DNA from: Sporichthyaceae bacterium
Lineage (GTDB): Bacteria > Actinomycetota > Actinomycetes > JACCUZ01
DNA: 64,000 nt
Direction of reading: 5' to 3'
Assembly: GCA_031365725.1 (NCBI GenBank)
Contig: JANLYQ010000019.1
Span: 683 to 64,682 of the forward strand
Shown here: positions 28,294-37,550 of the stretch, piece after piece
How positions within the stretch are numbered: the stretch's first letter is position 1
How the letters are laid out: each line of letters opens with the position of its first letter
The notes under the pieces: generated by a model
Database searches by the model: none
What the model saw: the letters and a program-made list of their open reading frames with translations, nothing else
Told to the model about the DNA's origin: nothing
Translations under genes and position numbers: made by a program

Positions 28294-31043
28294 CGGCTGT
28301 CCGTGTCCGGGGCACTGCCGGCGACCGTCCGCAGCACCGTTGCCCGGCCGGCCTCGAGGCGAGCGACCGGCACCCGCCATGGGGAGCAGGACACGTAGTC
28401 GAGGCCCACCGAGTCGAAGAAGCGCACCGACGCCGGGTCGCCGCCGTGCTCGCCGCACACGCCGACCTCGAGCCGAGGGTTGACCGCTCGGCCCTCCCGG
28501 GTGGCGAAGCGGACCAGACGTCCCACACCCGCCTCGTCGATCTCGGCGAACGGGTCGGTCCGTAGCAGACCTGCCGCGCGGTAGGCCGGCAGGAACCCAC
28601 TCTCGGCATCGTCGCGGGAAAGCCCCCAGGTCGTCTGGGTGAGGTCGTTGGTGCCGAAGGAGAAGAAGTCGCACTCGACCCCAAGCTCGGCGGCCGTGAG
28701 TGCGGCCCGCGGCAGCTCGATCATGGTCCCCAACGGGATCGTCGGCGCGTCGACGCCCCTGACTGCGGCCACGGCCGCGATAGTGCGCTGCACCAGATCG
28801 CGGACATGAGCCAGCTCGGCAGCCTCCGCCACGAACGGGATCATCAGCTCGGCTCGCGGCCGTCGTCCCTCGGCGCGCAGGTCGAGCACCGCCTCGGTGA
28901 GCGCGCGCACCTGGACCTCGAGGACCTCGGGCACGACGATGGCCAGCCGCACACCGCGCAGCCCCAGCATCGGATTGCTCTCGTGCCAGTGCTCGACCGC
29001 CGCCAGCCGGGCGCGCAGCAGCGGGTCTACCGCGCCGGCCATTTCCTGCTGCGCGACGGCGACCGACAGGGCGGTCAAGTCGGGCAGGAATTCGTGCAGC
29101 GGCGGATCGAGCAGCCGCACCACGACAGGCAGCGTGTCCATCGCACGCAGCACGTCCAGGAAGTCGTTGCGGTGAAGGCTCTGCAGCCGGGCGAGAGCCT
29201 GGTCTCTCTCGTGGTCGAGAACAATGTTCTCGACCACCGCCCGACGGTCCCCGAGCAGCGTGTGCTCCGTGCGGCAGAGTCCGACCCCTTGAGCGCCGAG
29301 CCGTCGGGCTAGAGCAGCATCGGCTCCGCTGTCAGCGTTCGCCCGCACCGAGAGAGCGGCCTGATTGTCCGCGTGAGCGAGGAGACGCCGGACCGACGCC
29401 GCTACTACATCGTCACCGGCGGCTCGGCCGGCCTCGATCGCTTCCGCGACGGGACTCGCGCGCACCGCCAGCTCGCCGACGTACACGTCCCCGGTGCTGC
29501 CGTCGACCGAGACGACGTCGCCCTCCTCGATCCGGATGTCGTCGCGTCCCGTCACTGACCGCTCGACCAGGTCGATGTGCAGCTCGGCGGCTCCGGCCAC
29601 ACAGGTGCGACCCATGCCGCGGGCGACGACGGCGGCGTGTGACGTGACTCCGCCCCGCGCCGTGACAACAGCAAGAGCGGCCACCATGCCGGCCAGGTCA
29701 TCGGGGCTGGTCTCAGGTCGCACGAGCACCACCGGGCGCCCAGAGGCAGCCCAGCTGACGGCGGTGGCTGAGTCCAGCGCCACCTGACCCACTGCAGCCC
29801 CCGGGCTCGCGGGCAGTCCGGTCGCAAGGGGCTGGGCGACTGCATGGACGGCGAAGGTGGGATGCAGCAACGTCTCCAGCTGCGCGCCCTCGACCCGCCG
29901 CAGGGCCTCGTCGAGAGTGATGCGACCCTCGTCGACCAGGTCGCAAGCGATCCTGAAGGCGGCCGCGGGGGTGCGCTTGCCGATCCGGGTCTGCAGGATC
30001 CAGAGCCTGCCCTCCTCGATCGTGAACTCCACATCGCACAGGTCGCCGTAGTGGGCCTCGAGTCCGGCCAAGTGCTGCAGCAGCCGGCGGTGCGAGTCGG
30101 CGTCCAGCTCGGCAAGGCTGGCCAGTGAAAGCGTGTCGCGGACTCCAGCGACGACGTCCTCCCCCTGGGCGTTGGGCAGGTACTCGCCGAACGCCCCCGG
30201 CGCCCCGGTGGCCGGGTCGCGGGTGAAGCACACCCCGGCCCCCGATCGCGCCCCCGCGTTGCCGAAGACCATAGCGACGACGTTGACGGCCGTGCCCAGG
30301 TCCTCGGCGATGCCTTCGCGACTTCGGTAGAGCCGGGCCCGCGGTGAGTTCCACGACGCGAATACCGCTCGGACGGCCTCGTCCAGCTGCTCGTGGGGAT
30401 CCTGCGGCAGGTCGCGGCCGGAAGAGGCGACGAGGATGGCCCGGAACTCCGCCACGAGGGCGCGCAGCGTTGGTCCGTCGAGGGCAGCGTCGTCAGGTAC
30501 GCCGGTCCGTTTTCTGGCCCGGGTAAGAGCCGCTTCGAACAGGTCACCCTCCACGCCCAGCACGGTCCGGCCGTACATCTGGACCAGCCGGCGATAGCAG
30601 TCCCAGGCGAAGCGCTCGCCGGATCGCGCCGCCAGGCCGACGACGCTGCGGTCGGTCAGCCCGATGTCGAGCACCGTGTCCATCATGCCCGGCATCGAGA
30701 AACGGGCGCCGGACCGGACGGCGACCAGCATGGGGTCGCCCGGGTCGCCCAAGCTGCGTCCGGTGGCTTCCTCCATCTGGTGCACGTGATGAGCCACCTC
30801 AGCGGCCAGGCCCTGCGGGAGGACTCCGGAGCGGAGGTACTCGCGGCACGCCGCGGTGGTGATGGTGAAGCCGGGCGGGACCGGCAGACCCAACGACGTC
30901 ATCTCGGCGAGTCCGGCGCCTTTCCCGCCCAACAGGTCGGCCATGTCGCGGCTGCCGTCGGCGAAAGCCTGCGCCCATCGTGCGGCGGTGACAGTGGCCG
31001 GCGGAGCCGACGATCGCGTGGTCGAGGAGACGGTGTCGGTCAT
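28290..31043 (-). CDS. ppdK: Pyruvate, phosphate dikinase
   Basis: LLGGKGAGLAEM, VRSGARFSMPGMMDT, DVEFTIE..LQTR, GGVTSHAAVVARG (phospho-His), GLCRTEH, HESNPMLGLRG, SFGTNDLTQ, CGEHGG. Confidence 0.97.
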   Translation of the reverse strand: MTDTVSSTTRSSAPPATVTAARWAQAFADGSRDMADLLGGKGAGLAEMTSLGLPVPPGFTITTAACREYLRSGVLPQGLAAEVAHHVHQMEEATGRSLGDPGDPMLVAVRSGARFSMPGMMDTVLDIGLTDRSVVGLAARSGERFAWDCYRRLVQMYGRTVLGVEGDLFEAALTRARKRTGVPDDAALDGPTLRALVAEFRAILVASSGRDLPQDPHEQLDEAVRAVFASWNSPRARLYRSREGIAEDLGTAVNVVAMVFGNAGARSGAGVCFTRDPATGAPGAFGEYLPNAQGEDVVAGVRDTLSLASLAELDADSHRRLLQHLAGLEAHYGDLCDVEFTIEEGRLWILQTRIGKRTPAAAFRIACDLVDEGRITLDEALRRVEGAQLETLLHPTFAVHAVAQPLATGLPASPGAAVGQVALDSATAVSWAASGRPVVLVRPETSPDDLAGMVAALAVVTARGGVTSHAAVVARGMGRTCVAGAAELHIDLVERSVTGRDDIRIEEGDVVSVDGSTGDVYVGELAVRASPVAEAIEAGRAAGDDVVAASVRRLLAHADNQAALSVRANADSGADAALARRLGAQGVGLCRTEHTLLGDRRAVVENIVLDHERDQALARLQSLHRNDFLDVLRAMDTLPVVVRLLDPPLHEFLPDLTALSVAVAQQEMAGAVDPLLRARLAAVEHWHESNPMLGLRGVRLAIVVPEVLEVQVRALTEAVLDLRAEGRRPRAELMIPFVAEAAELAHVRDLVQRTIAAVAAVRGVDAPTIPLGTMIELPRAALTAAELGVECDFFSFGTNDLTQTTWGLSRDDAESGFLPAYRAAGLLRTDPFAEIDEAGVGRLVRFATREGRAVNPRLEVGVCGEHGGDPASVRFFDSVGLDYVSCSPWRVPVARLEAGRATVLRTVAGSAPDTDSR

Positions 31044-32104
31044 GTTGCGGCACTTCCGGCCTTCGTCATGACGACCTTGAGTGCCCCGGTGTCGGCTGCT
31101 CGACCGAACACGTCATACGCCTCGACCATCTGGTCGAGCTCGAAGGTGTGCGTGACCAGAGCGGACACCTCGAGCTGGTGGTGGGCCAGCAGGCGCAGCA
31201 GCATCGGTGTGGTCGAGGTGTCGACCAAGCCGGTGGTCAGTGTGATGTCCTTGATCCACAGAGACTCGAGATGCAGGGTGGCCGGCGCGCCATGCACACC
31301 GATGTTGGCGACCCGGCCGCACGGCCGGACCAGTTCCGTGCAGAGCTCGAACGTCTCCGGCGTTCCCACCGCTTCCATCACCACATCAGCCCCGAGACCG
31401 TCGGTGAGGTCGTCGACAAGGCCCTTCGGGTCCGAACCGCCCTCTCCGGCCAGGACCACGACGTCGGCCCCAGCCCGCTTGGCTGCCTCCAAGCGCGCGG
31501 GCACCCGATCGACGACGACGATGTGCGTGGGGGAGAACAAGCGTGCCGTGAGCACGGCCGCGAGTCCGATCGGACCGGCCCCGACGATGACGACGGTGTC
31601 GCCGGGACGGACCTGCCCGGAGAGGACACCGACCTCGTAGCTGGTAGGGAGGATGTCTGCGAGCATCACGGCACTGGCGGCCGAGAGCGTGGCCGGAAGT
31701 GCGTGCAGCGCGTTGTCAGCGAACGGCACCCGGACGTACTCTGCCTGGACTCCGTCGATCAGGTGTCCCAGAACCCAACCGCCACCGCCGAGGCACTGCC
31801 CGTACCGGCCCTCCCGGCAGAACCTGCACCGCCCGCAGCCGGTGATGCAGGAGACCAGCACCCGGTCGCCCGGCTGTACCGACCGCACACCACGTCCGAT
31901 CGCGACAACAGTCCCAACGGCCTCATGACCAAGGATCCGTCCGGGTTCGACCTCGGGTACGTCCCCTTTCAGGATGTGCAGATCGGTGCCGCAGATGGTG
32001 ACGGCATCGACACTGACGATGGCGTCGAAGTCGTCCTTCAGCTCGGGGTCCGGGACCTCGTCCCAGGACATCTGACCGACACCGTGATACACGAGTGCGT
32101 GCAT
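31040..32104 (-). CDS. Zinc-dependent (MDR) alcohol dehydrogenase
   Basis: TICGTDLHI, LGHEAVG, CITGCGRCRFC..C, DILPTSYEVG, GAGPIG; stop overlaps ppdK ATG. Confidence 0.93.
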   Translation of the reverse strand: MHALVYHGVGQMSWDEVPDPELKDDFDAIVSVDAVTICGTDLHILKGDVPEVEPGRILGHEAVGTVVAIGRGVRSVQPGDRVLVSCITGCGRCRFCREGRYGQCLGGGGWVLGHLIDGVQAEYVRVPFADNALHALPATLSAASAVMLADILPTSYEVGVLSGQVRPGDTVVIVGAGPIGLAAVLTARLFSPTHIVVVDRVPARLEAAKRAGADVVVLAGEGGSDPKGLVDDLTDGLGADVVMEAVGTPETFELCTELVRPCGRVANIGVHGAPATLHLESLWIKDITLTTGLVDTSTTPMLLRLLAHHQLEVSALVTHTFELDQMVEAYDVFGRAADTGALKVVMTKAGSAAT

Positions 32105-32196
32105 GATCTGCCTCCTCAGAGCGTTGCGGCGGATCGGCGAATGCATCCGACGCTGTCTACAACTGCACGCTAGGCCGGCCGCAACGACTGGCGGCA

Positions 32197-32232
32197 GTGC
32201 CCGAGGTCAGGACCACTCGGGACCTTTGGCCC
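32197..32232. promoter_or_regulatory. DosR-like box pair in the adh / split-barrel divergent promoter
   Basis: GGGACCTTTGGCCC (32219-32232) with secondary GTGCCCGAGGTCAG 22 bp upstream. Confidence 0.7.
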
Positions 32233-32302
32233 CGCCAACACGTATCTTCGGCCTCTTTGCCCAGCTGTGGCTGAGGGGCTTGTCTGACCGTAGGAGGACC
32301 CC

Positions 32303-32764
32303 ATGACATCTCAACCGCAGTCGGCAGCCGTCGAGTCGAGCACCTGCTGGCGCCTGTTGCGCAGCACGGACCTGGGTCGGCTTGCGGTGACCGGTCGTGA
32401 AGGACCAGACATCTTTCCCGTCAACTTCGCGGTCGACGGTGGCACCCTCGTCTTCCGCACCGCTCATGGCACGAAGCTCGAGGCCCTGACTCAGCATCCC
32501 ACCGTGGCCTTCGAGGTCGACGGTCATGACGAGGCTGCTGGCGAGGCATGGAGCGTGGTGGTCAAGGGTCGCGCCGAGCAGGTCCGCGGCTTCGTGGGAC
32601 TGCTCGACACCTCCGAGCTCGAGATCTATCCCTGGGAAGCGGCACCGAAGGCGCAGTTCGTGCGCATCGTCGTCGACGACATCAGCGGTCGCCGCTTCCG
32701 CAAGGCCGACCCTCGTCGCTGGGACGATCCACTGACCGGCATCGAGCATCGCCCCTACGACTGA
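32303..32764 (+). CDS. Pyridoxamine 5'-phosphate oxidase-like split-barrel protein
   Basis: CWRLL..GRLAV..PDIFPVNF..GTLVFRT..GTKL, VAFEVDG, AWSVVVKG, PW. Confidence 0.88.
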   Translation: MTSQPQSAAVESSTCWRLLRSTDLGRLAVTGREGPDIFPVNFAVDGGTLVFRTAHGTKLEALTQHPTVAFEVDGHDEAAGEAWSVVVKGRAEQVRGFVGLLDTSELEIYPWEAAPKAQFVRIVVDDISGRRFRKADPRRWDDPLTGIEHRPYD

Positions 32765-35300
32765 CCCGCACGCGACGACCGGCTCGGCGCGCCATCCGCA
32801 GCGCCAGGCCGGGGATGACTGCCAGCAGTGCGCACCGCCACCACATCTGCGGCGGCAAGAAGGCAGTGCCCAGGAGCTCCCGCAGGGGCGGCACCAGGAC
32901 GGCAAGGGTCTGCAGAACCATCGCACTTGCGACGGCGAGCGCGAAGAAGGGATTGTGCCGAGCGGCTCCGGGAGCCCGGACGGCCACGGCTACGCCGAGC
33001 TGGCCAAGTCCGAGGACCAGGAAGGAGCTCGTCCGCCACGGCATCCCGTCGGCACGGGCCCAGAGGGCGGCAACCATCGACACCCCGCCGACGAGCGTGC
33101 CCGTCACGATGATCTGGCGAGCCATGGTGCGGTCGACCAGCGCCGCCGTACGCGGCACCGGTCTCTGGGTCATCGCCTCAGGCGAGCCCGGGTCCGCGCC
33201 GAGCGCGACGCCGGGCAGGCCGTGGGTCAGCATGTTGATCCAGAGGATCTGCCCGGGCAGGAGCGGGACGAGAAAGCCGACGAACGGCATCAGCAGCATG
33301 ACGAGCACCTCAGCCAGGCCGCCGCCCAGGGCGTAACGCAGGTAGCGGCGAAGGTTGTCATGGATCCGGCGCCCCTCCTCCACGGCGTGGACGATCGTCT
33401 GCAGACTGTCGTCGGTGAGCACGAGGTCCGCTGCCTGACGGGCGACCTCCGTGCCACCCTGTCCCATCGCGACGCCGATGTCGGCCCTCCGCAGAGCTGG
33501 GCCGTCGTTCACACCGTCGCCGGTGACGGCGACCACCTCACCCGCCTCCTGCCAGGCCCGCACCAGCGCGAGCTTGTGCTCCGGCCGGACCCGTGCGAAC
33601 AGCACGGCGCCCAAGGAAGCGCTGTCGATGCCGTCGTCGAGGTCACGACCGGTGCGCACCAGGTCGGTCCCCGAGTCGTGCAACAGGCCCACCCGACGGG
33701 CGATCGCCTCAGCCGTGGCCGGGTGGTCGCCGGTCATCACAGCCACCCTGATGCCCGCGCCTTCGAGCAGCGCAAGGACGGGAGCGACATCCTGCCGTGG
33801 CGGGTCAGCAAGAGCCACCAGCCCCAGCAGGGTGAGCCCGGTCGGCAACGTCGTGCCGACGAGCCCGTGTCGACCCTCGGCCAACGCCAGCACTCGCGCG
33901 CCGTCCGCGGCCCGACCCACGGCCCAACTGCGAGCCGCCTCCGCCGCCGGCCCCGTCACGCTGGCGAGAAGCACATCGGGCGCGCCCTTGTAGACCACCG
34001 GGTCGTCACCAGCGGTGCCATGGGCGGTGGCCATCCACGCGCGGTCGCTGTCGAACGGGACCTCGCCGTGGCGTGGGGCAGCCGCTCGCTCCGCCGCCGG
34101 GTTCACACCGCCTCGGTGTGCCAAGGCAACCAGGGCGGCCTCCGTCGGGTCACCGACCGGTCGCCAGGTACCGGGGTGGTCCGGATCGGGCTGCACGTCC
34201 GCGTCGTTGCACAGGACAGCCGCTATCAGCAGCCGTCGGAGAGCAGCGGCGCTGGCCACGCCGCGCGGAGAGACAATGCCGATAGGACCGTAACCACCGC
34301 CGCTCACGTCGAACTCGCCAGCTGGTGTCCACACCCGTTCAGCGACCATCCGGTTCTCGGTCAGAGTCCCGGTCTTGTCCGTAGCCAGCAGGGTCACCGA
34401 GCCCAGGGTCTCCACGGAGCGCAGCTCACGGGCGATCGCCGCCCTGCCCGCCATCCGGCGGGCACCCAACGCCAAGGACAGCGTGAGCACGGCGGGGAGG
34501 GATTCGGGTACGGCGGCCACCGCGAGACTCGTCGCACTCACCACGAGGTTCGCGAGCGGCAGACCTCGCAGGAGCCCTTCGACGATGACCAGGCAGGAGA
34601 TCCCGACGGCCGCGGCGGTGAGCGTCCGCGCGAGCCGAGTGAGGCGCTCCTGCAGCGGAGTAGGTCCTGGACGTGCCGCAGCCACGAGACTGGCGATGCG
34701 ACCGAGAGAACTGTCGGCACCGGTACGGGTGACAGTTGCCATCCCCCGCCCCCGCACGACCGTGGTCCCGGCGAAGATGTCGTCGCCCGGCGCCTTGGAC
34801 ACCGGGAGCGACTCTCCCGTGAGGGCCGCGTCGTCGGTCTTGAGCTGCTGCGACTCGATCACCTCGGCATCGGCGGCGACGATGTCACCGGCTTCGAGCA
34901 GCATGAGGTCGCCCGGCACGACATCCCCCACAGGCACGACGTTGTCCGCGCCGTTGCGCCGGACCCGCGCGTGCGGTGCCGCCATGCTCCTCAACGCGGC
35001 CACCGCGTGCTCCGCGCGCACCTCCTGCACCACACCCACGGCGGTGTTGAGCACGACCACGGTAAGGATCACCGCGGTATCGCTGAGATCTCCTTGCCAC
35101 GTGGTGAGAGCCGAGGCCGCCAGCAGGAGCAGGAGCATCGGGTCGCGCAGCTGACGGCCGGCCCGCCGCAGCACCGCAGGTCGGGCAACCTCGGGCACGG
35201 TGTTGGCCCCGTGCCGCTGTCGAAGCGACGCGACCTGGACGTCGGTGAGCCCTGAACGGGCCACCTCGCGGGTAAGGCTCAGGAGCCGGTGATCAGCCAC
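32682..35300 (-). CDS. P2-type cation-transporting ATPase (CtpF-like)
   Basis: LTGES, VPESL, ATDKTGTLTENRM, GDPTE, KGAPD, TGDHP, TGDGVNDGPAL, QILWINM; C-terminus overlaps the convergent gene. Confidence 0.93.
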   Translation of the reverse strand: MADHRLLSLTREVARSGLTDVQVASLRQRHGANTVPEVARPAVLRRAGRQLRDPMLLLLLAASALTTWQGDLSDTAVILTVVVLNTAVGVVQEVRAEHAVAALRSMAAPHARVRRNGADNVVPVGDVVPGDLMLLEAGDIVAADAEVIESQQLKTDDAALTGESLPVSKAPGDDIFAGTTVVRGRGMATVTRTGADSSLGRIASLVAAARPGPTPLQERLTRLARTLTAAAVGISCLVIVEGLLRGLPLANLVVSATSLAVAAVPESLPAVLTLSLALGARRMAGRAAIARELRSVETLGSVTLLATDKTGTLTENRMVAERVWTPAGEFDVSGGGYGPIGIVSPRGVASAAALRRLLIAAVLCNDADVQPDPDHPGTWRPVGDPTEAALVALAHRGGVNPAAERAAAPRHGEVPFDSDRAWMATAHGTAGDDPVVYKGAPDVLLASVTGPAAEAARSWAVGRAADGARVLALAEGRHGLVGTTLPTGLTLLGLVALADPPRQDVAPVLALLEGAGIRVAVMTGDHPATAEAIARRVGLLHDSGTDLVRTGRDLDDGIDSASLGAVLFARVRPEHKLALVRAWQEAGEVVAVTGDGVNDGPALRRADIGVAMGQGGTEVARQAADLVLTDDSLQTIVHAVEEGRRIHDNLRRYLRYALGGGLAEVLVMLLMPFVGFLVPLLPGQILWINMLTHGLPGVALGADPGSPEAMTQRPVPRTAALVDRTMARQIIVTGTLVGGVSMVAALWARADGMPWRTSSFLVLGLGQLGVAVAVRAPGAARHNPFFALAVASAMVLQTLAVLVPPLRELLGTAFLPPQMWWRCALLAVIPGLALRMARRAGRRVRVSRRGDARCRSVDRPSDEGRPCGSGDR

Positions 35301-35308
35301 TGCACGGC

Positions 35309-35818
35309 CTAGATGAACAGCAGCTGCGCGCCATCGGTCTTGTCGATGAAGTCGGTGGCACTGATGATGCCCTCGACGCCGTCATACAGGTCCCCCATCG
35401 TCAGGTGGTTCATGTCGGCGGACATCCGGCAGGCCCAGAGGTGGCCCCCGGACTCGTGGATCTGCTCGAGGAAGTCAGGGATCTCCGGCACACCCACGTC
35501 GGCTATCGACTTCTTCAGCTTGGCCGTCGCGAGGCTGGTCATCCACGGTAAGCCACCGAGTCCCTGCGGCAGGTGCGTGGCGGTGTTGCCCAGCATCGTG
35601 AACTTCAGGTGGTTCATCGTCTTCTTGTTGATGAGCTCGAATCCCCAGAAGGTGAAGAACAGGTGAGTCTCGATTCCCTCGCCGAGAGCGGCGTTGGCGA
35701 GGACCAAACCCGGGTAGGCCATGTCCAGTGTTCCCTTTGAGCAGATGATGGCGAGCTTGCGGTCGGTGCTCGCATCGTCAAAGCTCGGGACGATCGGGGT
35801 CGTGTCGGTGGCGGTCAT
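35309..35818 (-). CDS. DsrE/DsrF/DrsH-like (DsrE2-type) sulfurtransferase
   Basis: IICSKGTLDMAYP, LFFTFWG, LWACRMS (catalytic Cys), QLLFI C-terminus. Confidence 0.88.
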   Translation of the reverse strand: MTATDTTPIVPSFDDASTDRKLAIICSKGTLDMAYPGLVLANAALGEGIETHLFFTFWGFELINKKTMNHLKFTMLGNTATHLPQGLGGLPWMTSLATAKLKKSIADVGVPEIPDFLEQIHESGGHLWACRMSADMNHLTMGDLYDGVEGIISATDFIDKTDGAQLLFI

Positions 35819-35842
35819 CGTGGCTCCTCGGTGGATAGCGGC

Positions 35843-36157
35843 TTAGACGCAGCCGCGCGGCTTGGGCAGGCCGGCGACGTAGGCCATCTTCTTGGCCGGC
35901 TTCTTGGGGAACAGCTCGAACAGGCGCTTGGTGGGGAAGCCACCGACCGTCGACACCCGGCGAAGGGTTGGGGTCTCGCCGCGCGCCTGGAAGTCGCGGC
36001 GCAGGAACGCGACGACCCGCATCGCTTCCTCGCTCAGCTCGATGGCGATCTGGCCGGCCAGGGCGCGGCCGAGAACCTCGTCCCACTCGTCGTAGGACGT
36101 GAGGAATCCCTCCGCGTCGACATGCACGTCTCGTCCGGCAATCGTGGTGACCGACAT
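35843..36157 (-). CDS. TusE/DsrC-family sulfur relay protein (single C-terminal Cys)
   Basis: VDAEGFL..WDE, FLRRDF, ELFPKKP, AGLPKPRGCV; start ATG 36157. Confidence 0.9.
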   Translation of the reverse strand: MSVTTIAGRDVHVDAEGFLTSYDEWDEVLGRALAGQIAIELSEEAMRVVAFLRRDFQARGETPTLRRVSTVGGFPTKRLFELFPKKPAKKMAYVAGLPKPRGCV

Positions 36158-36158
36158 C

Positions 36159-37421
36159 TCAGACCTCCGACCGCTCAGGCTCGCGCGTGGCCACGGTCTG
36201 TTTGCCGGCCATGGACATGGCTGATGGCAACGGGATGCGTCGGCCAGGCAGGAGCACATGCCAGTAGATCCAGCGGAACGCGAGCTTCCCCCAGTGATTC
36301 ACTCTCGTCGCTTCGAGCAGGTGGAACGGCCCCAGGCGGGGCAGTGGATACCTGCCCGGCAGCGGCTCGGTCTCGTAGTTGAAGTCGATGAGGAGCGCCT
36401 TGGCATCACCCGCTTCGATGAAGCAGTTGGCGTGCCCGTCGAACGCACGAGTCATCGGTCGTCCCTCGATGTGATCCAGGAGATTGTCGACGAAGACCTC
36501 GACCGAGAAGTGCGCGACCGAACCTGCCTTGGAGGTCGGGATGTCCGAGGCGTCCCCGATGGCGAAGATGTCGTCGAACGTGGTCGAGAGGAACGTGTTC
36601 CTGTCGACCGGCACGAGGTTGAGATCGTCGCCGAGTCCTGAGCGGGCGACATACTCTGCGCCCATGTTCAGGGGGACGGTGACCAGCAGGTCGAACGGGA
36701 CCTCGCGACCGTCATAGGACACCAAAGTCTTGTGTTCACAGTCCACCCTCTCGACCACGAAGTCCGCCTGGAGGGCGATCCCACGGTCGTCGAGCATCCG
36801 ACCGAGCAGCTGGGCGGCGATCGGCTTGGTGAAGGCATCCGACAGCGGCGTGACGTAGACAAGCTCCACGTCGCCGCGCATGCCGCGGCGCTGGAACCAG
36901 TCGTCGGCGAGGAAGGCGAACTCGAGTGGGGCGACCGGACACTTGATAGGCATGTCGACGATGTGCACGACAACCCTGCCACCCGGAAAGTCCGCAAGCG
37001 CCGCTCGCAGAGCGACGGCACCGTCGAGAGTGAAGAACTCGTGGATGCTCCGGCGCCACTCACCGCCGTCGAGCATGCCCGGAGTCTGATCCGGCCGGGG
37101 TTCGACGCCGGTCGCGATGACGAGGACGTTGTACGCGAGTCGTTCGGCGTCCTGGGTCACCACGACCTTCTCGTCCGGCAGAACCATGTCGACGGCGGCG
37201 CGGACCGTGCCGACGCGCTCGTGCAGCAGCTGCCGGGTGGACTTCGACAGGCTCTTCAGGGACCCGGCCCCGAAGGGCAGGCGGAGATAGCCCGGCTGGT
37301 AATGGTGGACATCGCTGGGTTCAACCACGGTGATGATCCACTCGTCGGACAGTCGTCGCGCGAGTGTGTTGGCCACCATCGTCCCGGCCGTGCCGGCACC
37401 GAGCACCACTAGACGCCTCAT
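36159..37421 (-). CDS. sqr: Sulfide:quinone oxidoreductase (type III-like)
   Basis: VLGAGTAG, HHYQPG..LPFG, IKCPVAPLEF, FAIGDA..PTSKAGSVAHF, FDGHANCFIEAG, NHWGKLAF. Confidence 0.85.
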   Translation of the reverse strand: MRRLVVLGAGTAGTMVANTLARRLSDEWIITVVEPSDVHHYQPGYLRLPFGAGSLKSLSKSTRQLLHERVGTVRAAVDMVLPDEKVVVTQDAERLAYNVLVIATGVEPRPDQTPGMLDGGEWRRSIHEFFTLDGAVALRAALADFPGGRVVVHIVDMPIKCPVAPLEFAFLADDWFQRRGMRGDVELVYVTPLSDAFTKPIAAQLLGRMLDDRGIALQADFVVERVDCEHKTLVSYDGREVPFDLLVTVPLNMGAEYVARSGLGDDLNLVPVDRNTFLSTTFDDIFAIGDASDIPTSKAGSVAHFSVEVFVDNLLDHIEGRPMTRAFDGHANCFIEAGDAKALLIDFNYETEPLPGRYPLPRLGPFHLLEATRVNHWGKLAFRWIYWHVLLPGRRIPLPSAMSMAGKQTVATREPERSEV

Positions 37422-37482
37422 CGCAGACTCCTCACGTCGATGTCTCACCTTCGACACTAGGAAGTCTCCGGCGTGATCGGAC

Positions 37483-37496
37483 CTGCCGAAGGTCCC
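37483..37496. promoter_or_regulatory. DosR-like box upstream of sqr
   Basis: CTGCCGAAGGTCCC (reverse GGGACCTTCGGCAG), about 60 bp upstream of the sqr ATG. Confidence 0.6.
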
Positions 37497-37550
37497 GACG
37501 GCGGAAGCATTACGTCACGTGGCGACCAGCTGGCGCCCAGCGTGGAGGGG

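Noticed and set aside
35843-36157. Dissimilatory sulfite reduction (DsrC)
   Set aside because: Only one C-terminal Cys and no dsrAB or dsrMKJOP in the window.
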